Origin: a virus
Taxonomy: Duplodnaviria; Caudoviricetes
Direction: 5' to 3' (one strand)
IMG/VR virus record: IMGVR_UViG_3300029288_000063
Location: 64,001 to 128,000 of that record
DNA: 64,000 bases
The position numbers and the translations under genes were made by a program. The notes beneath the pieces are model-generated. The model did no database searches and had not been told where the DNA came from. It worked only from the letters and a program-made list of their open reading frames with translations. Below, piece after piece: positions 40,038 to 48,522 of the stretch (position 1 is the first letter of the stretch; each line of letters starts with the position of its first letter).

Positions 40038-40691
40038 ATGGTTGACAATAATGTTGCTTTCGAGTTGATTCGTTTGGCAAAGACGCTTGTCGGTTTAGAT
40101 GTTGATGTGTATAAGAAGAAGGCTTTTATTATTGCTGACCAAATGTCTAAAAAGTCTAAAGTTATTCGTGTCAAGTCTGAGGTTGAGTTGAAGTCTGGTA
40201 AGGTAGTAATAGTGTTCAAAGCCAGCCTTATATTAAAAGACATATATATAAACACTGACGAAGGTAGTGGTTTGATTTTTACCATGTCTCGCGAATATAT
40301 GGAAGATTTAAGGAATTTGGTAAAAATTCACATCGGTTTGTTTGATGTTGATTTCTCGTCCGGTTCTGTTATGAGTTATGGTCGTTTGGCTCGGGTAGTT
40401 GTTCCTGTTGAGCGTTCCGTTGATAAGGTTCAGTATTTTAAACTATTTGATGATGGTGTTTTGTCAAGTAAGATTGAAAGTGTTTTAACACCTCCCAGTA
40501 GCTTACCAGTTGATTGGGATTTTGTTTTGATTCAATATTCAGATGGTTCTATGGCTTCTGGGCGTTCTTTTTCTAATGGTTGGCGTATGAATAATGAAAA
40601 CAACCTCAACCTGAAGTTTGTTGGTGAGAGTAAAAAGTTTTCATATGATGCTCGTCCTTTTAGCAAGTTCAAAAAACTTTTAACCAAGTGA
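40038..40691 (+). CDS. hypothetical protein with shared helix motif (AT-rich gene)
   Basis: VAFELIRLAKTLVG. Confidence 0.65.
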   Translation: MVDNNVAFELIRLAKTLVGLDVDVYKKKAFIIADQMSKKSKVIRVKSEVELKSGKVVIVFKASLILKDIYINTDEGSGLIFTMSREYMEDLRNLVKIHIGLFDVDFSSGSVMSYGRLARVVVPVERSVDKVQYFKLFDDGVLSSKIESVLTPPSSLPVDWDFVLIQYSDGSMASGRSFSNGWRMNNENNLNLKFVGESKKFSYDARPFSKFKKLLTK

Positions 40692-40735
40692 TGTGTTTTG
40701 TCTGGTTGTTCTTGTTTAATTTCAAAAGGAGAAAG

Positions 40736-40984
40736 ATGATGGATAGGCAGGTTGTGGCGGCAAAGCTTGTTCGTATGGCGAAGGTTCTGATGTCCGAAGA
40801 GAAACTCGAAACAACGAATAACCCGGAACTCAACACGGCCGTGAATGCGCTCGTGAAGGCGACCGGTGGTGACCTTGGTCAGATTCTTCAGGCTGTGTTC
40901 ATGGTGTTGCGTAAGACCGGCAATGCGTCGGCTGTGACGAAAATCAAGCCGTTGTTTCAGCAGGCGTTGAACAAGGTCGAGTAG
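40736..40984 (+). CDS. hypothetical protein with shared helix motif
   Basis: VAAKLVRMAKVLMS; AGGAG SD. Confidence 0.7.
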   Translation: MMDRQVVAAKLVRMAKVLMSEEKLETTNNPELNTAVNALVKATGGDLGQILQAVFMVLRKTGNASAVTKIKPLFQQALNKVE

Positions 40985-40988
40985 TCCT

Positions 40989-41780
40989 ATGAATGTGTCT
41001 GTTGAACTTGTTCGTGTCGCCCGGTTGTTGTGTGGCGAAAAGACTGTTGAGGTTGATGGTGGGAAAGATGTCCGCCATCAACTTCAGTCTATTCAGCGTG
41101 CCGGTGATGTTGCGACGTTTATGTACCAGAAGAAGGACGGAACGTCGCGCAAGGTCCACGTTAAACCGACGTCTGTATTTGGCGATAAGTTCAAAGCTGT
41201 TGACCTTGATGCGGCGGGTGCAGAGAAGTTGTTTTTGATGAGCGGCGTGCAGCCGTTGGCGTCGAGTCATGCACCGGCGGTTCCGGTTGTTCATGAGCCG
41301 AAGAAGTTCAAGTTTCAAGACAAGGTGCTTATGGACAATGATATTTCCCGGTCATTGCATGGACTGGTAAAAAAGGGCGGCGCGTGGGCGTCCGAGCGGC
41401 AGCGGGATTTCATTCTCGGGAAGATTGCTCGGGATGGTGATTCTGCAAGAAGGTTGTTGCCGCGAGGTGTGTTTGGTTTGATAGGGAGAGGTGGAGTTTT
41501 GAGCGGTTGGGAGTCGACAGGTGATGGGTTTTCGAGCTGCTGGTTGTTCCGGGTTGACGATGTTGGTGTTGTTGACAAGATTTTAATTTGGCAAAAAACA
41601 ACCCCGATGGACCGTGAGCAAGCGGCGTATGAGCAGGCGATGGAAGACCTGTATGATGATATGGGTGGTCGTCCGGACCGCTATATGGTTGAAGAGCTTA
41701 AGTCGCATTATTCCCAACATGCGCGGAGTTGGTCGGGTCAACAAAAAGGTGGTACGAAAGTAAAATGGAGTCGTATGTGA
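40989..41780 (+). CDS. hypothetical protein with shared helix motif
   Basis: VSVELVRVARLLCG. Confidence 0.65.
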   Translation: MNVSVELVRVARLLCGEKTVEVDGGKDVRHQLQSIQRAGDVATFMYQKKDGTSRKVHVKPTSVFGDKFKAVDLDAAGAEKLFLMSGVQPLASSHAPAVPVVHEPKKFKFQDKVLMDNDISRSLHGLVKKGGAWASERQRDFILGKIARDGDSARRLLPRGVFGLIGRGGVLSGWESTGDGFSSCWLFRVDDVGVVDKILIWQKTTPMDREQAAYEQAMEDLYDDMGGRPDRYMVEELKSHYSQHARSWSGQQKGGTKVKWSRM

Positions 41781-41827
41781 TTTTTTTTCCAGATTTTTGT
41801 TGCACCCTCGATGCTTGGTTGTATAAT
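41781..41827 (+). promoter_or_regulatory. promoter of RNA operon 1
   Basis: TTTTTTCCAGATTTTTG-TTGCAC-N16-TATAAT; near copy at 59691. Confidence 0.75.
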
Positions 41828-41877
41828 CTGTTTGAAATCGCCCATTGTGAGGGCGAACTTGTAGTGGAGAAAACAAA

Positions 41878-42073
41878 GTGCTTACTTTCCTGACCACCAC
41901 ATCATCGAACGGATTCTCGATGTCCCTCAACTGCGGTAATAAGCGCAGTCAGAGGCAAGGGCATATTACGTGCAAAATGCCCGGTGGTGGAAAGACGGAG
42001 ACCTGACGTAGTAGAGGGTTCTCATAAATGTCTTCCCGCCGCCGGAGCTTAAAAGTTCCGGCGGTTTTGTTTT
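41878..42073 (+). promoter_or_regulatory. leader ORF (41878-42006) with antiterminator/terminator attenuator
   Basis: GGAG SD; 41981-41996 is complementary to 42030-42045; hairpin 42038-42065 and T tract. Confidence 0.65.
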
Positions 42074-42084
42074 GGGGGTGTGTC

Positions 42085-42264
42085 ATGCGGGAGTATGTTT
42101 TCACTGTTCGGGTTCGCCTTGAGGCGTTTGATGATGTAGAGGTTCGTCAACGTCTTGAAGAAGTTCGTAAGGCGGCATCCGGCGAAGTGGTAGAGGGAAT
42201 GAGTAGCGAGGTGTCCTTGCAAGAGGTTTTCAAAAACAAGGCTCCGAGGAAGTTGGTTCTTTAG
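42085..42264 (+). CDS. small hypothetical protein
   Basis: GGGGGTG SD-like site. Confidence 0.5.
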   Translation: MREYVFTVRVRLEAFDDVEVRQRLEEVRKAASGEVVEGMSSEVSLQEVFKNKAPRKLVL

Positions 42265-42328
42265 TCGCGGTGAGGTTTGGTTCGGGTGGTTGCGGTCCGC
42301 GCAGCGATAACCGTCCGAAAGAAAACTA

Positions 42329-42366
42329 TACGGGCAAAGTTCCCGTGGATGGTCTTTGACAATCGA
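42329..42366 (+). promoter_or_regulatory. boxB/boxA-like antitermination site
   Basis: Hairpin ACGGG-CAAAGTT-CCCGT then GGTCTTTGACAATCGA; repeated at 59937-59974. Confidence 0.65.
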
Positions 42367-42454
42367 AGGAAAGTAGTGTACGCCGAAAAAAGCCCCCACG
42401 GGAAGGGGGCGTGATTGGCTATTCCCCCTTCCCGTGTTTTTTCTGTTTTGAACT

Positions 42455-42529
42455 GGGCCGGTAGCACAGTGGTAGTGCAGCGGATTCTTAATCCGAAGGT
42501 CGAGGGTTCAAATCCCTCCCAGCCCACCA
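42455..42529 (+). tRNA. tRNA-Lys(CTT)
   Basis: Cloverleaf, CCA. Confidence 0.9.
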
Positions 42530-42532
42530 AAC

Positions 42533-42608
42533 GGACGCGTAGCTCAGTAGGCAGAGCATCTGCCTTTTAAGCAGGTGGTCGTGGGTTCGATTCCCGCCGC
42601 GTCTACCA
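42533..42608 (+). tRNA. tRNA-Lys(TTT)
   Basis: Cloverleaf, CCA. Confidence 0.92.
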
Positions 42609-42611
42609 AAT

Positions 42612-42688
42612 GGGTATGTAGCTCAATTGCGTTGAGCATCCGGTTCTTACCCGGAAGGTTGGAGGTTCGAGTCCTCTCACACCTACCA
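42612..42688 (+). tRNA. tRNA-Lys(CTT), divergent
   Basis: TCCGG-TTCTTAC-CCGGA, CCA. Confidence 0.8.
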
Positions 42689-42689
42689 T

Positions 42690-42763
42690 TGGCGAGTCAT
42701 ATAATGGTATTATGCGCGGTTGTTACCCGCGTCATGGGGGTTCGACACCCTCCTCGCCAGCCA
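42690..42763 (+). tRNA. tRNA-Asn(GTT), divergent
   Basis: CGCGG-TTGTTAC-CCGCG, CCA. Confidence 0.8.
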
Positions 42764-42777
42764 TTTTTTTGACGCAT

Positions 42778-42854
42778 CCGGTGGTAGCTCAGTTGGTAGA
42801 GCATCTCTCTGATAAGGAGAAGGTTCGAAGGTTCAAGTCCTTCTCACCGGACCA
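42778..42854 (+). tRNA. tRNA-Ile(GAT)
   Basis: Cloverleaf, CCA. Confidence 0.9.
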
Positions 42855-42857
42855 AAT

Positions 42858-42933
42858 GTGCCCGTAGCACAACGGATAAGTGTATAAGGCTACGAACCTT
42901 AAGATGGGGGTTCAATTCCCTCCGGGCATACCA
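42858..42933 (+). tRNA. tRNA-Arg(ACG)
   Basis: Cloverleaf, CCA. Confidence 0.9.
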
Positions 42934-42985
42934 TTTTGAAAATCAAAGTCGCGAGACTTGTATAATAGTAACGATGGGTTTTTAT

Positions 42986-43094
42986 CAGCACGCTTCAGAC
43001 ATGGGTTACTTCTTTTCTCATACAAAAGACCTGACGGTTCGACTCCGTCGTTGGGTGGCCCCGGTAACGTCGCCTGTGTCGCTTTTTGGTGCTG
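42986..43094 (+). ncRNA. Y RNA-like ncRNA
   Basis: CAGCAC-GCTTCA-GACATGGG-TTACTTC ... T arm ... CCTGTGTC-GCTTTTTG-GTGCTG. Confidence 0.7.
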
Positions 43095-43106
43095 GTTTTT
43101 CGGTTT

Positions 43107-43247
43107 GCGTCACACTTCAGGATGGACATACTTCTGACGCTTAATAGCCGGCTGCGGGTTCGATTCCCGTCGGTCAACTTCGGTTGGCTGTTGCTCATGG
43201 TTGAGCCGTTTGTTCGGTTGAGCCGTTCGTTCGACTTTTGGTGACGC
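43107..43247 (+). ncRNA. Y RNA-like ncRNA with permuted tRNA domain
   Basis: Shared terminal module; T arm, UUCG-closed acceptor-like stem, D arm. Confidence 0.75.
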
Positions 43248-43258
43248 TTTTGTATTGC

Positions 43259-43332
43259 GACGGAGGAGTTGGGTTCGAGTCCCGACCGGAAGCCCATACG
43301 GGATTCCGTGGCGTAACAGGCAGCGTGCCGTC
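43259..43332 (+). ncRNA. stand-alone permuted tRNA-like element
   Basis: GACGG/CCGTC closing stem, T arm GGGTTCGAGTCCC, looped acceptor stem, D-like arm. Confidence 0.55.
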
Positions 43333-43345
43333 ATCTTGTTTTTTT

Positions 43346-43505
43346 CCACACGCTTCAGCGATGGGTTACTTCCATGCTAAGGACGAGGTCGCAGGTTCGA
43401 ATCCTGCTCCCCCAACCCTTGCCCCTGTGATTCTGCGGGGGTATGGGCTGGGGGATGGCTCAGCGGTAGAGCGCGTAAACTAGCCTGTTGCGACTTTTGG
43501 TGTGG
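43346..43505 (+). ncRNA. Y RNA-like ncRNA with permuted tRNA domain
   Basis: Shared module; GCAGGTTCGAATCCTGC precedes GGCTCAGCGGTAGAGC. Confidence 0.8.
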
Positions 43506-43508
43506 ATT

Positions 43509-43697
43509 TTATATTCTGTAGGCGATGTGGTGTCCGAGGCGTCGGAAGTATGATGCCATGCCGCAGACCGACTTTCTTGTGTCGAGGTCGAAGATTTCGG
43601 CGAGGAGGTCGAGGCTTTCGTTTGGAAACCATTCTGCGAAGATGGCGATTTCGTTTTGGTTCCATGTTGCGTGTTTGGTGCGTATTGCTGTTGCCAT
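43509..43697 (-). CDS. small hypothetical protein (possible HTH)
   Basis: AAGGAG SD on the minus strand; only convincing minus-strand gene. Confidence 0.55.
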   Translation of the reverse strand: MATAIRTKHATWNQNEIAIFAEWFPNESLDLLAEIFDLDTRKSVCGMASYFRRLGHHIAYRI

Positions 43698-43775
43698 GAT
43701 ATTCTCCTTGAAAGGTGTGAGTTTCAGTATTTTATCCTACCATGTGTGTTTTGTAAAATATCTTGCTAAAATAAT

Positions 43776-43990
43776 GCCTCGGTGGCCTAACGGATAAGAC
43801 ACGACCCTCATGTCCTCGTAGCACAACGGATAGTGCATGCGGCTCCGAACCGCAAAATCCATGTTCGATTCATGGCGAGGATACCATTTTGTGGTATGGT
43901 TTCACGGTAAAGGAGTTCTCGTGAGAAGTCGTCCGTCTAGTGCAACTGCTGTAGGTCGTCATGTAGGTTCGATTTCTATCCGGGGTCCCA
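43776..43990 (+). pseudogene. split tRNA-Arg relic (5' half 43776-43809, 3' half 43953-43990) enclosing tRNA-Arg(CCG)
   Basis: GCCTCGG/CCGGGGT acceptor and CGACC/GGTCG anticodon strands pair. Confidence 0.7.
43812..43886 (+). tRNA. tRNA-Arg(CCG), nested replacement
   Basis: Cloverleaf, CCA. Confidence 0.9.
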
Positions 43991-44581
43991 AAAAAAGATT
44001 CGAAGAAGGTTCCAGTTTTTTCAAATATCCTCGATAGTGTGGTGTAGAATAGAACGAAAGGATTTTGACAAGCTACTGCGGTGTAAGTGCCGCCTCGGGT
44101 TGTGAAAAGGTCGGTCCAATCAACCGACCCAAGCGAACGGTTCGAGTCCGTCCAAGTTGGCAAGTAAAGTCGGCTGATTACCGAAAACACTTGTCGGGTT
44201 GGGTTCCCTCGGGTGAGGGCGAAATCGCCAAACCGACTGTTTTGTTCTTTGAAAACCACCGACAATTCGCCTAATGGGTTACGTCATCGGTGCCACCATC
44301 ACTGATGTACGTGTAAAACGCATAAGGCATCCCTAGTGAGTTGTCAACCGAGTCTTGTATGGTCGGCCGTTATATGGGATAGGTGGGTTTCATCGTTGTC
44401 GGTATACGATGAATTTAAGATTGGTGCCTCGTGGGATGTACGTTTGGCGCAAAATCGGGGTCTGCGGTTCGAGTCCGCAGTCGAAGAACCCGGAAACGGG
44501 AAAGGAATACCCCGGTGGGTGTAGCGGAGACAAATAGCCGGTAGCCAGCGTGGCGAACAAGCATCCCGTTTTGAAGTTTTT

Positions 44582-44647
44582 TTCGCACGCTTCTGTTGTG
44601 GGTTACTTCCTTTTGACGAAAATACCCATAACAACTTTTGGTGCGAA
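44582..44647 (+). ncRNA. Y RNA-like ncRNA, minimal form
   Basis: TTCGCAC-GCTTC-TGTTGTGGGT-TACTTC...ACCCATAACA-ACTTTTG-GTGCGAA. Confidence 0.7.
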
Positions 44648-45071
44648 TGTTCTTTGAAAACCACCGATGCACGGAAATAGCGTGTAGGAGCGACTCGGTC
44701 GACCCCCGTCGATTATGTTGCTTTGCCCCCAGTACCCCAAGTTACATGCTGAGCTGTGCGTCAACCGTGTCCTTGGTGTTGCGTCCCGCCCTTCGTGACG
44801 CCAAATGATAGGTGGGGTTCCTCGGTGGTCGGTGTGCCGGGGAGTTTTTTTTGAGTTCTTTGAAATCTGCTCTTGGACTGTAGTAGGAAGAACCAGCGAC
44901 ATCAATGAGAGGTCAATGCCGAACATGTCGTGGTGTAATGTAGCATAGCCACCATTGGGTGGAAGGTTCTTGTCGAGTCTTGACGAACAACGGCTTCCGA
45001 AAACACAGGGACATATCGCGGTCGCATGCAACCGTTGATGTGCTTGCCAAGGGTAGATTTCAGGGAATTTT

Positions 45072-45136
45072 ATTCGCACTCTTCAGTGACGGGATACTTC
45101 TCATACAAGCGACCTGTTGCGATTCTTGGTGCGAAT
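45072..45136 (+). ncRNA. Y RNA-like ncRNA, minimal form
   Basis: ATTCGCAC-TCTTCA-GTGACGGG-ATACTTC...CCTGTTGC-GATTCTTG-GTGCGAAT. Confidence 0.7.
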
Positions 45137-45186
45137 TTTGATTTCCCACGCTGACGGGTTGGCGTCCAGTGGGGTTTTGCAAACAT

Positions 45187-45263
45187 ACGCCCGTAGCTCA
45201 GTTGGATAGAGCGTCGGTTTCCTAAACCGAAGGGCAGCAGTTCAAATCTGCTCGGGTGTACCA
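45187..45263 (+). tRNA. tRNA-Arg(CCT)
   Basis: Cloverleaf, CCA. Confidence 0.9.
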
Positions 45264-45272
45264 AAATTTAAT

Positions 45273-45300
45273 GCGCCAGTAGCTCAGTGGTAGAGCACAA
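45273..45300 (+). pseudogene. orphan tRNA 5' fragment (Gly-like)
   Basis: GCGCCAG-TA-GCTCAGTGGTAGAGC-ACAA, no T arm. Confidence 0.55.
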
Positions 45301-45326
45301 TAGAGGCGCTGTTTGGCTTAATAAAA

Positions 45327-45401
45327 GCGGGCATAGCCTAGTGGTCAGGCACCACCTTGCCAAGGTGGGTCACGCCGGTTCGACTCCGGTTGCCCGCTCC
45401 A
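45327..45401 (+). tRNA. tRNA-Gly(GCC)
   Basis: Cloverleaf, CCA. Confidence 0.92.
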
Positions 45402-45423
45402 ATATTGAAGTTTTTTGAAGCAT

Positions 45424-45496
45424 GGTGCATGAACCCAAATGGCGCGGGAACTGGCTGTGAACCAGTTGTTAGCGGGTTCGAATCCCGTCTTGCACC
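45424..45496 (+). tRNA. tRNA-His(GTG), CCA not fully encoded
   Basis: G-1:C73 pair, CT-GTG-AA loop, T arm. Confidence 0.8.
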
Positions 45497-45620
45497 CGGT
45501 CGACAAGGAGAAGCCTCCACGTGGCTCGGCTGGTAATCACCTAACGGTGAGCCAATGTCTCCTGATTTATTATGCCGGTTATACAATCGAGGAAAGGTTG
45601 TGACGTATTGCACCCCAAAT

Positions 45621-45696
45621 TCCCCTCTAGCTCAATCGGTAGAGCGTCTGGCTGTTAACCAGTAGGTTGCAGGTTCGAGTCCTGCGGGGGGAGCCA
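45621..45696 (+). tRNA. tRNA-Asn(GTT)
   Basis: Cloverleaf, CCA. Confidence 0.92.
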
Positions 45697-45699
45697 AAT

Positions 45700-45791
45700 G
45701 GAACGGTGGCAGAGAGGCTTATTGCACCGGTTTGCTAAATCGGAGGGCATCGTAAGGTGTCCCGTGGGTTCGAATCCCACCCGTTCCTCCA
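45700..45791 (+). tRNA. tRNA-Ser(GCT)
   Basis: Long variable arm, CCA. Confidence 0.92.
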
Positions 45792-45923
45792 TTCGATTCG
45801 GTGTATAATGAGTTGTCAGTCTCATGGAAACAAAAGACTCCAAGATAGTCTGTGATGCCGGGAGGAGTGCTTGGAGATGACAAAAACAAAGAAGCGAAAG
45901 TATGAAAGTTACCTTGAGTTTTT

Positions 45924-46013
45924 GGAGGGTTGGTCGAGTCTGGTTTATGGCACTGGTTTTGAAAACCAGAGACGTGAAAGCGTCCGGGGGTTCGAATCCC
46001 TCACCCTCCGCCA
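45924..46013 (+). tRNA. tRNA-Ser(TGA)
   Basis: Long variable arm, CCA. Confidence 0.92.
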
Positions 46014-46034
46014 AGTTTAAGGGGTTCTCAAACC

Positions 46035-46346
46035 ATGAGTGATAAAAAAGACCTTGGTGTTTTCGAAGACGGAGAGTTGGTTCCGATTCAGCCTGTTTGT
46101 AGTGGGCTGACAAGGTGTTGTCGGTGCAATGTGGAGTTGACGCCCGAGAACAATTCTGGTTGGGAGGTTTTTGTTTCGCCAACAAGAACAGCACCAGTTT
46201 GTAAAGAGTGCAATGTTGAGAGATGTAGCGTGTGCGGTGCCCCGATGACAAAAGAAAACTGGGGTGCCTTCTTGAAGGTCTCCGACGATACTCTTATGAT
46301 GTTTTGCAAGGGTTGCTACGAGGTTGAAAAAAGATTTAAGGGGTGA
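46035..46346 (+). CDS. double Zn-finger repeat protein
   Basis: Two CxxC..T.EN..W..CxxC units. Confidence 0.6.
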   Translation: MSDKKDLGVFEDGELVPIQPVCSGLTRCCRCNVELTPENNSGWEVFVSPTRTAPVCKECNVERCSVCGAPMTKENWGAFLKVSDDTLMMFCKGCYEVEKRFKG

Positions 46347-46433
46347 CCGTTGTTTTGGGGTTCGTTGTAACACCTCTCACAAAAAAAAAGAATCAAACCC
46401 CACTTTTAGGAGAACCAATGAGCGTAAATTGAA

Positions 46434-46509
46434 GGACCTATAGCTCAGTGGTCAGAGCGGGCGGCTCATAACCGTCTGGTCGAAGGTTCAATCCCTTCTG
46501 GGTCCACCA
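46434..46509 (+). tRNA. tRNA-Ile2/Met(CAT)
   Basis: Cloverleaf with Ile2-like body, CCA. Confidence 0.88.
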
Positions 46510-46529
46510 ATAATCAGAGAGGGTTTTTC

Positions 46530-46853
46530 GTGTGGTGGCATTATGCGTTGTGGGTTCCGACTGTCGTTGTGTATTACGTTGGCTATTCGTGGCTGAGTAA
46601 GCAAAACAACGATATAGGCGGCAAGTGGTTCTGGTTCATGTTCGCCTATGGCGCGGCTTGCCCGCTTTGGCTGATTGTTTCCCGCATATCGAAAAATCTT
46701 TTATTTGATGGCGTCTTATATGACAACCTGATGTTTTTGACGTATGTCGGGGCGATGATATTTCTCGGGGCGCATGCGAGGATGACCGCGCACCAGTGGG
46801 TTGGACTTGGGTTAGTGGTGTTGGGTTCGGTCTTGCTTCGCTGGGAATTGTGA
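46530..46853 (+). CDS. small four-TM DMT/SMR-like membrane protein
   Basis: Hydrophobic; QWVGLGLVVLG end. Confidence 0.6.
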   Translation: MWWHYALWVPTVVVYYVGYSWLSKQNNDIGGKWFWFMFAYGAACPLWLIVSRISKNLLFDGVLYDNLMFLTYVGAMIFLGAHARMTAHQWVGLGLVVLGSVLLRWEL

Positions 46854-46858
46854 AATCT

Positions 46859-46946
46859 GGAGACGTGTGATAATGGTATTCAGCCTGCCTCGAAAGCAGG
46901 TGCTCCAGCAATGGAGTTGGGGGTTCGAGTCCCTCCGTCTCCGCCA
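46859..46946 (+). tRNA. tRNA-Ser(CGA)
   Basis: Long variable arm, CCA. Confidence 0.88.
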
Positions 46947-46953
46947 AACACAA

Positions 46954-47042
46954 GGAGAGGTTGCCTAATTGGTAAGGCACCGCATTGGAAGTGCGGCGTG
47001 GTGATGAGTCATGTGCAGGTTCGAACCCTGTCCTCTCCGCCA
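46954..47042 (+). tRNA. tRNA-Ser(GGA)
   Basis: Long variable arm, CCA. Confidence 0.9.
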
Positions 47043-47202
47043 AATTTATAATCGCCTATGGTCGGGCGTTGGGGGTGCCATTAGAAACGCCAGCATATGG
47101 CTGTGCAAGCGTTTCTGACGGTGTCTCGGTTTGACAGTACCAAGCAGCCTCCCAGTGGCGTCAGACGGGCACGGTGCGAATCGTGGCGAATGCTTGGGAC
47201 CT

Positions 47203-47277
47203 GCCGACAAAGCATAGATGGCGATGCACCGGTTTCGTAAACCGGAGAGGTGGGTTCAAGTCCCTCTGTCGGCTCCA
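47203..47277 (+). tRNA. tRNA-Thr(CGT)
   Basis: Cloverleaf, CCA. Confidence 0.88.
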
Positions 47278-47329
47278 TATTTATGTAATAGTTGTTGTTG
47301 TATAGAGGTGGTTTTCAACGGTGAAAAAT

Positions 47330-47404
47330 GCCTCCGTAGCACAGCGGATAGTGCACCGGATTTCTAATCCGGCTACAGGGGTTCGATTCCCTTCGGGGGT
47401 GCCA
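47330..47404 (+). tRNA. tRNA-Arg(TCT)
   Basis: Cloverleaf, CCA. Confidence 0.92.
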
Positions 47405-47492
47405 AAAATGATTGATGCAACTTTGCGTCATTGGTTCTGTTCCTCCTTCATGTGCGCGGGCGGTGAGCGCCCGCCTTTGGAGGAGGCATACC

Positions 47493-47804
47493 ATGCAAGA
47501 GAAGGTGAAAGAAAAAAGTCGTCGTAGGCGGAATGATGTTGCTCGGATGAAAGAGCGTGCGCGTCGTGTTGTTTGTGGGAACGAACCGGCTCGTGGGTTT
47601 GTAATGTATAACCTCGATGGTTCGTTGGTTTCCCGCGAGGAGTGGGTTGAGGATTGTGCCGTTCGTTGCGCGAATAATATGGCAAAATGTTCGTGTGCAA
47701 TGTGTGGAAATCCTCGCCATCGGAAGTATAGTAAAGGGTCGGAACGTTTAACCATGCAGGAACGGCGACAACTACAAGACGGGGACTTATACGAGGAAGA
47801 ATGA
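47493..47804 (+). CDS. hypothetical protein with CSCxMCGNPR motif
   Basis: GGAGGAGG SD. Confidence 0.7.
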   Translation: MQEKVKEKSRRRRNDVARMKERARRVVCGNEPARGFVMYNLDGSLVSREEWVEDCAVRCANNMAKCSCAMCGNPRHRKYSKGSERLTMQERRQLQDGDLYEEE

Positions 47805-48025
47805 TGTCTACCGAAAAGAAAGATCGTCACGCCCCGCCGCCATTAGGGTTGATTGCGTTGGTCGTGTTGGTGCCGATTGTAATTCTTATCGGAATTGCAG
47901 GGTTTGTCGGGTGGCTGTCTGTCCGTCTTGGTTTTGTGGAATGGTATCTTGGTCCGGTTGTCGGTATCGCTGTGGATGCCATTCTGTTGGGGATTCTTTG
48001 GTTGATGAAAAAGATGCGGGCGTAG
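47801..48025 (+). CDS. small membrane protein
   Basis: Two hydrophobic segments. Confidence 0.55.
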   Translation: MMSTEKKDRHAPPPLGLIALVVLVPIVILIGIAGFVGWLSVRLGFVEWYLGPVVGIAVDAILLGILWLMKKMRA

Positions 48026-48089
48026 CTCAATGGCAGAGTGCCAGCTTCCCAAGCTGGTTATGAGGGTTCGATTCCCTTCGCCTGCTCCA
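48016..48089 (+). tRNA. tRNA-Gly(CCC)
   Basis: Cloverleaf, CCA. Confidence 0.92.
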
Positions 48090-48109
48090 AATTTGGCGGG
48101 GGGCGTATT

Positions 48110-48325
48110 ATGGATTCGATTCAAGCCGCTATTTCACGTTTGTTTGTTTTGGTAGAAAAAGCAGAATCCAACCAAGAAGACATTTCGGTAAGCCGATATG
48201 TATGTCGGTTGTGCGGTGAAAGTCGACAGTCACTTTGCGAGTGTATAGATCACATTGTTGGTCTGCATTCTGAAAGGCTGAATGAGGTTCGCAACGCTGT
48301 AGATGTGATATGTAAGCGGGTGTAG
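48110..48325 (+). CDS. small C2H2-like Zn-finger protein
   Basis: CRLC...HIVGLH. Confidence 0.45.
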   Translation: MDSIQAAISRLFVLVEKAESNQEDISVSRYVCRLCGESRQSLCECIDHIVGLHSERLNEVRNAVDVICKRV

Positions 48326-48373
48326 CTCAATGGTAGAGCGCCAGCCGTATTAGAAAGGATTTGGGATAGATTA

Positions 48374-48447
48374 GCGCCTATGGTGTAGTGGCCGCATCTT
48401 TGCCTTCCAAGCAAAGGGTCCGTGTTCAAATCACGGTAGGCGCTCCA
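48374..48447 (+). tRNA. tRNA-Gly(TCC), nested replacement
   Basis: TTTGC-CTTCCAA-GCAAA, CCA. Confidence 0.9.
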
Positions 48448-48522
48448 AACCAATAAATTCTTTATATTCGACCCGCTGTTTTGGAACCCGTAATTGGGTT
48501 CCAAAACAGGAGGGGGGTCGAC

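Noticed and set aside
41840-42030. tmRNA-like tag reading frame
   Set aside because: No tRNA-like domain, T arm or CCA; the leader-ORF/attenuator model explains the pairing better.
44261-44345. Eleventh Y-like RNA (GGGTTACGTC)
   Set aside because: Lacks the NCTTC loop and the GGTG outer stem; kept within the unexplained structured region.
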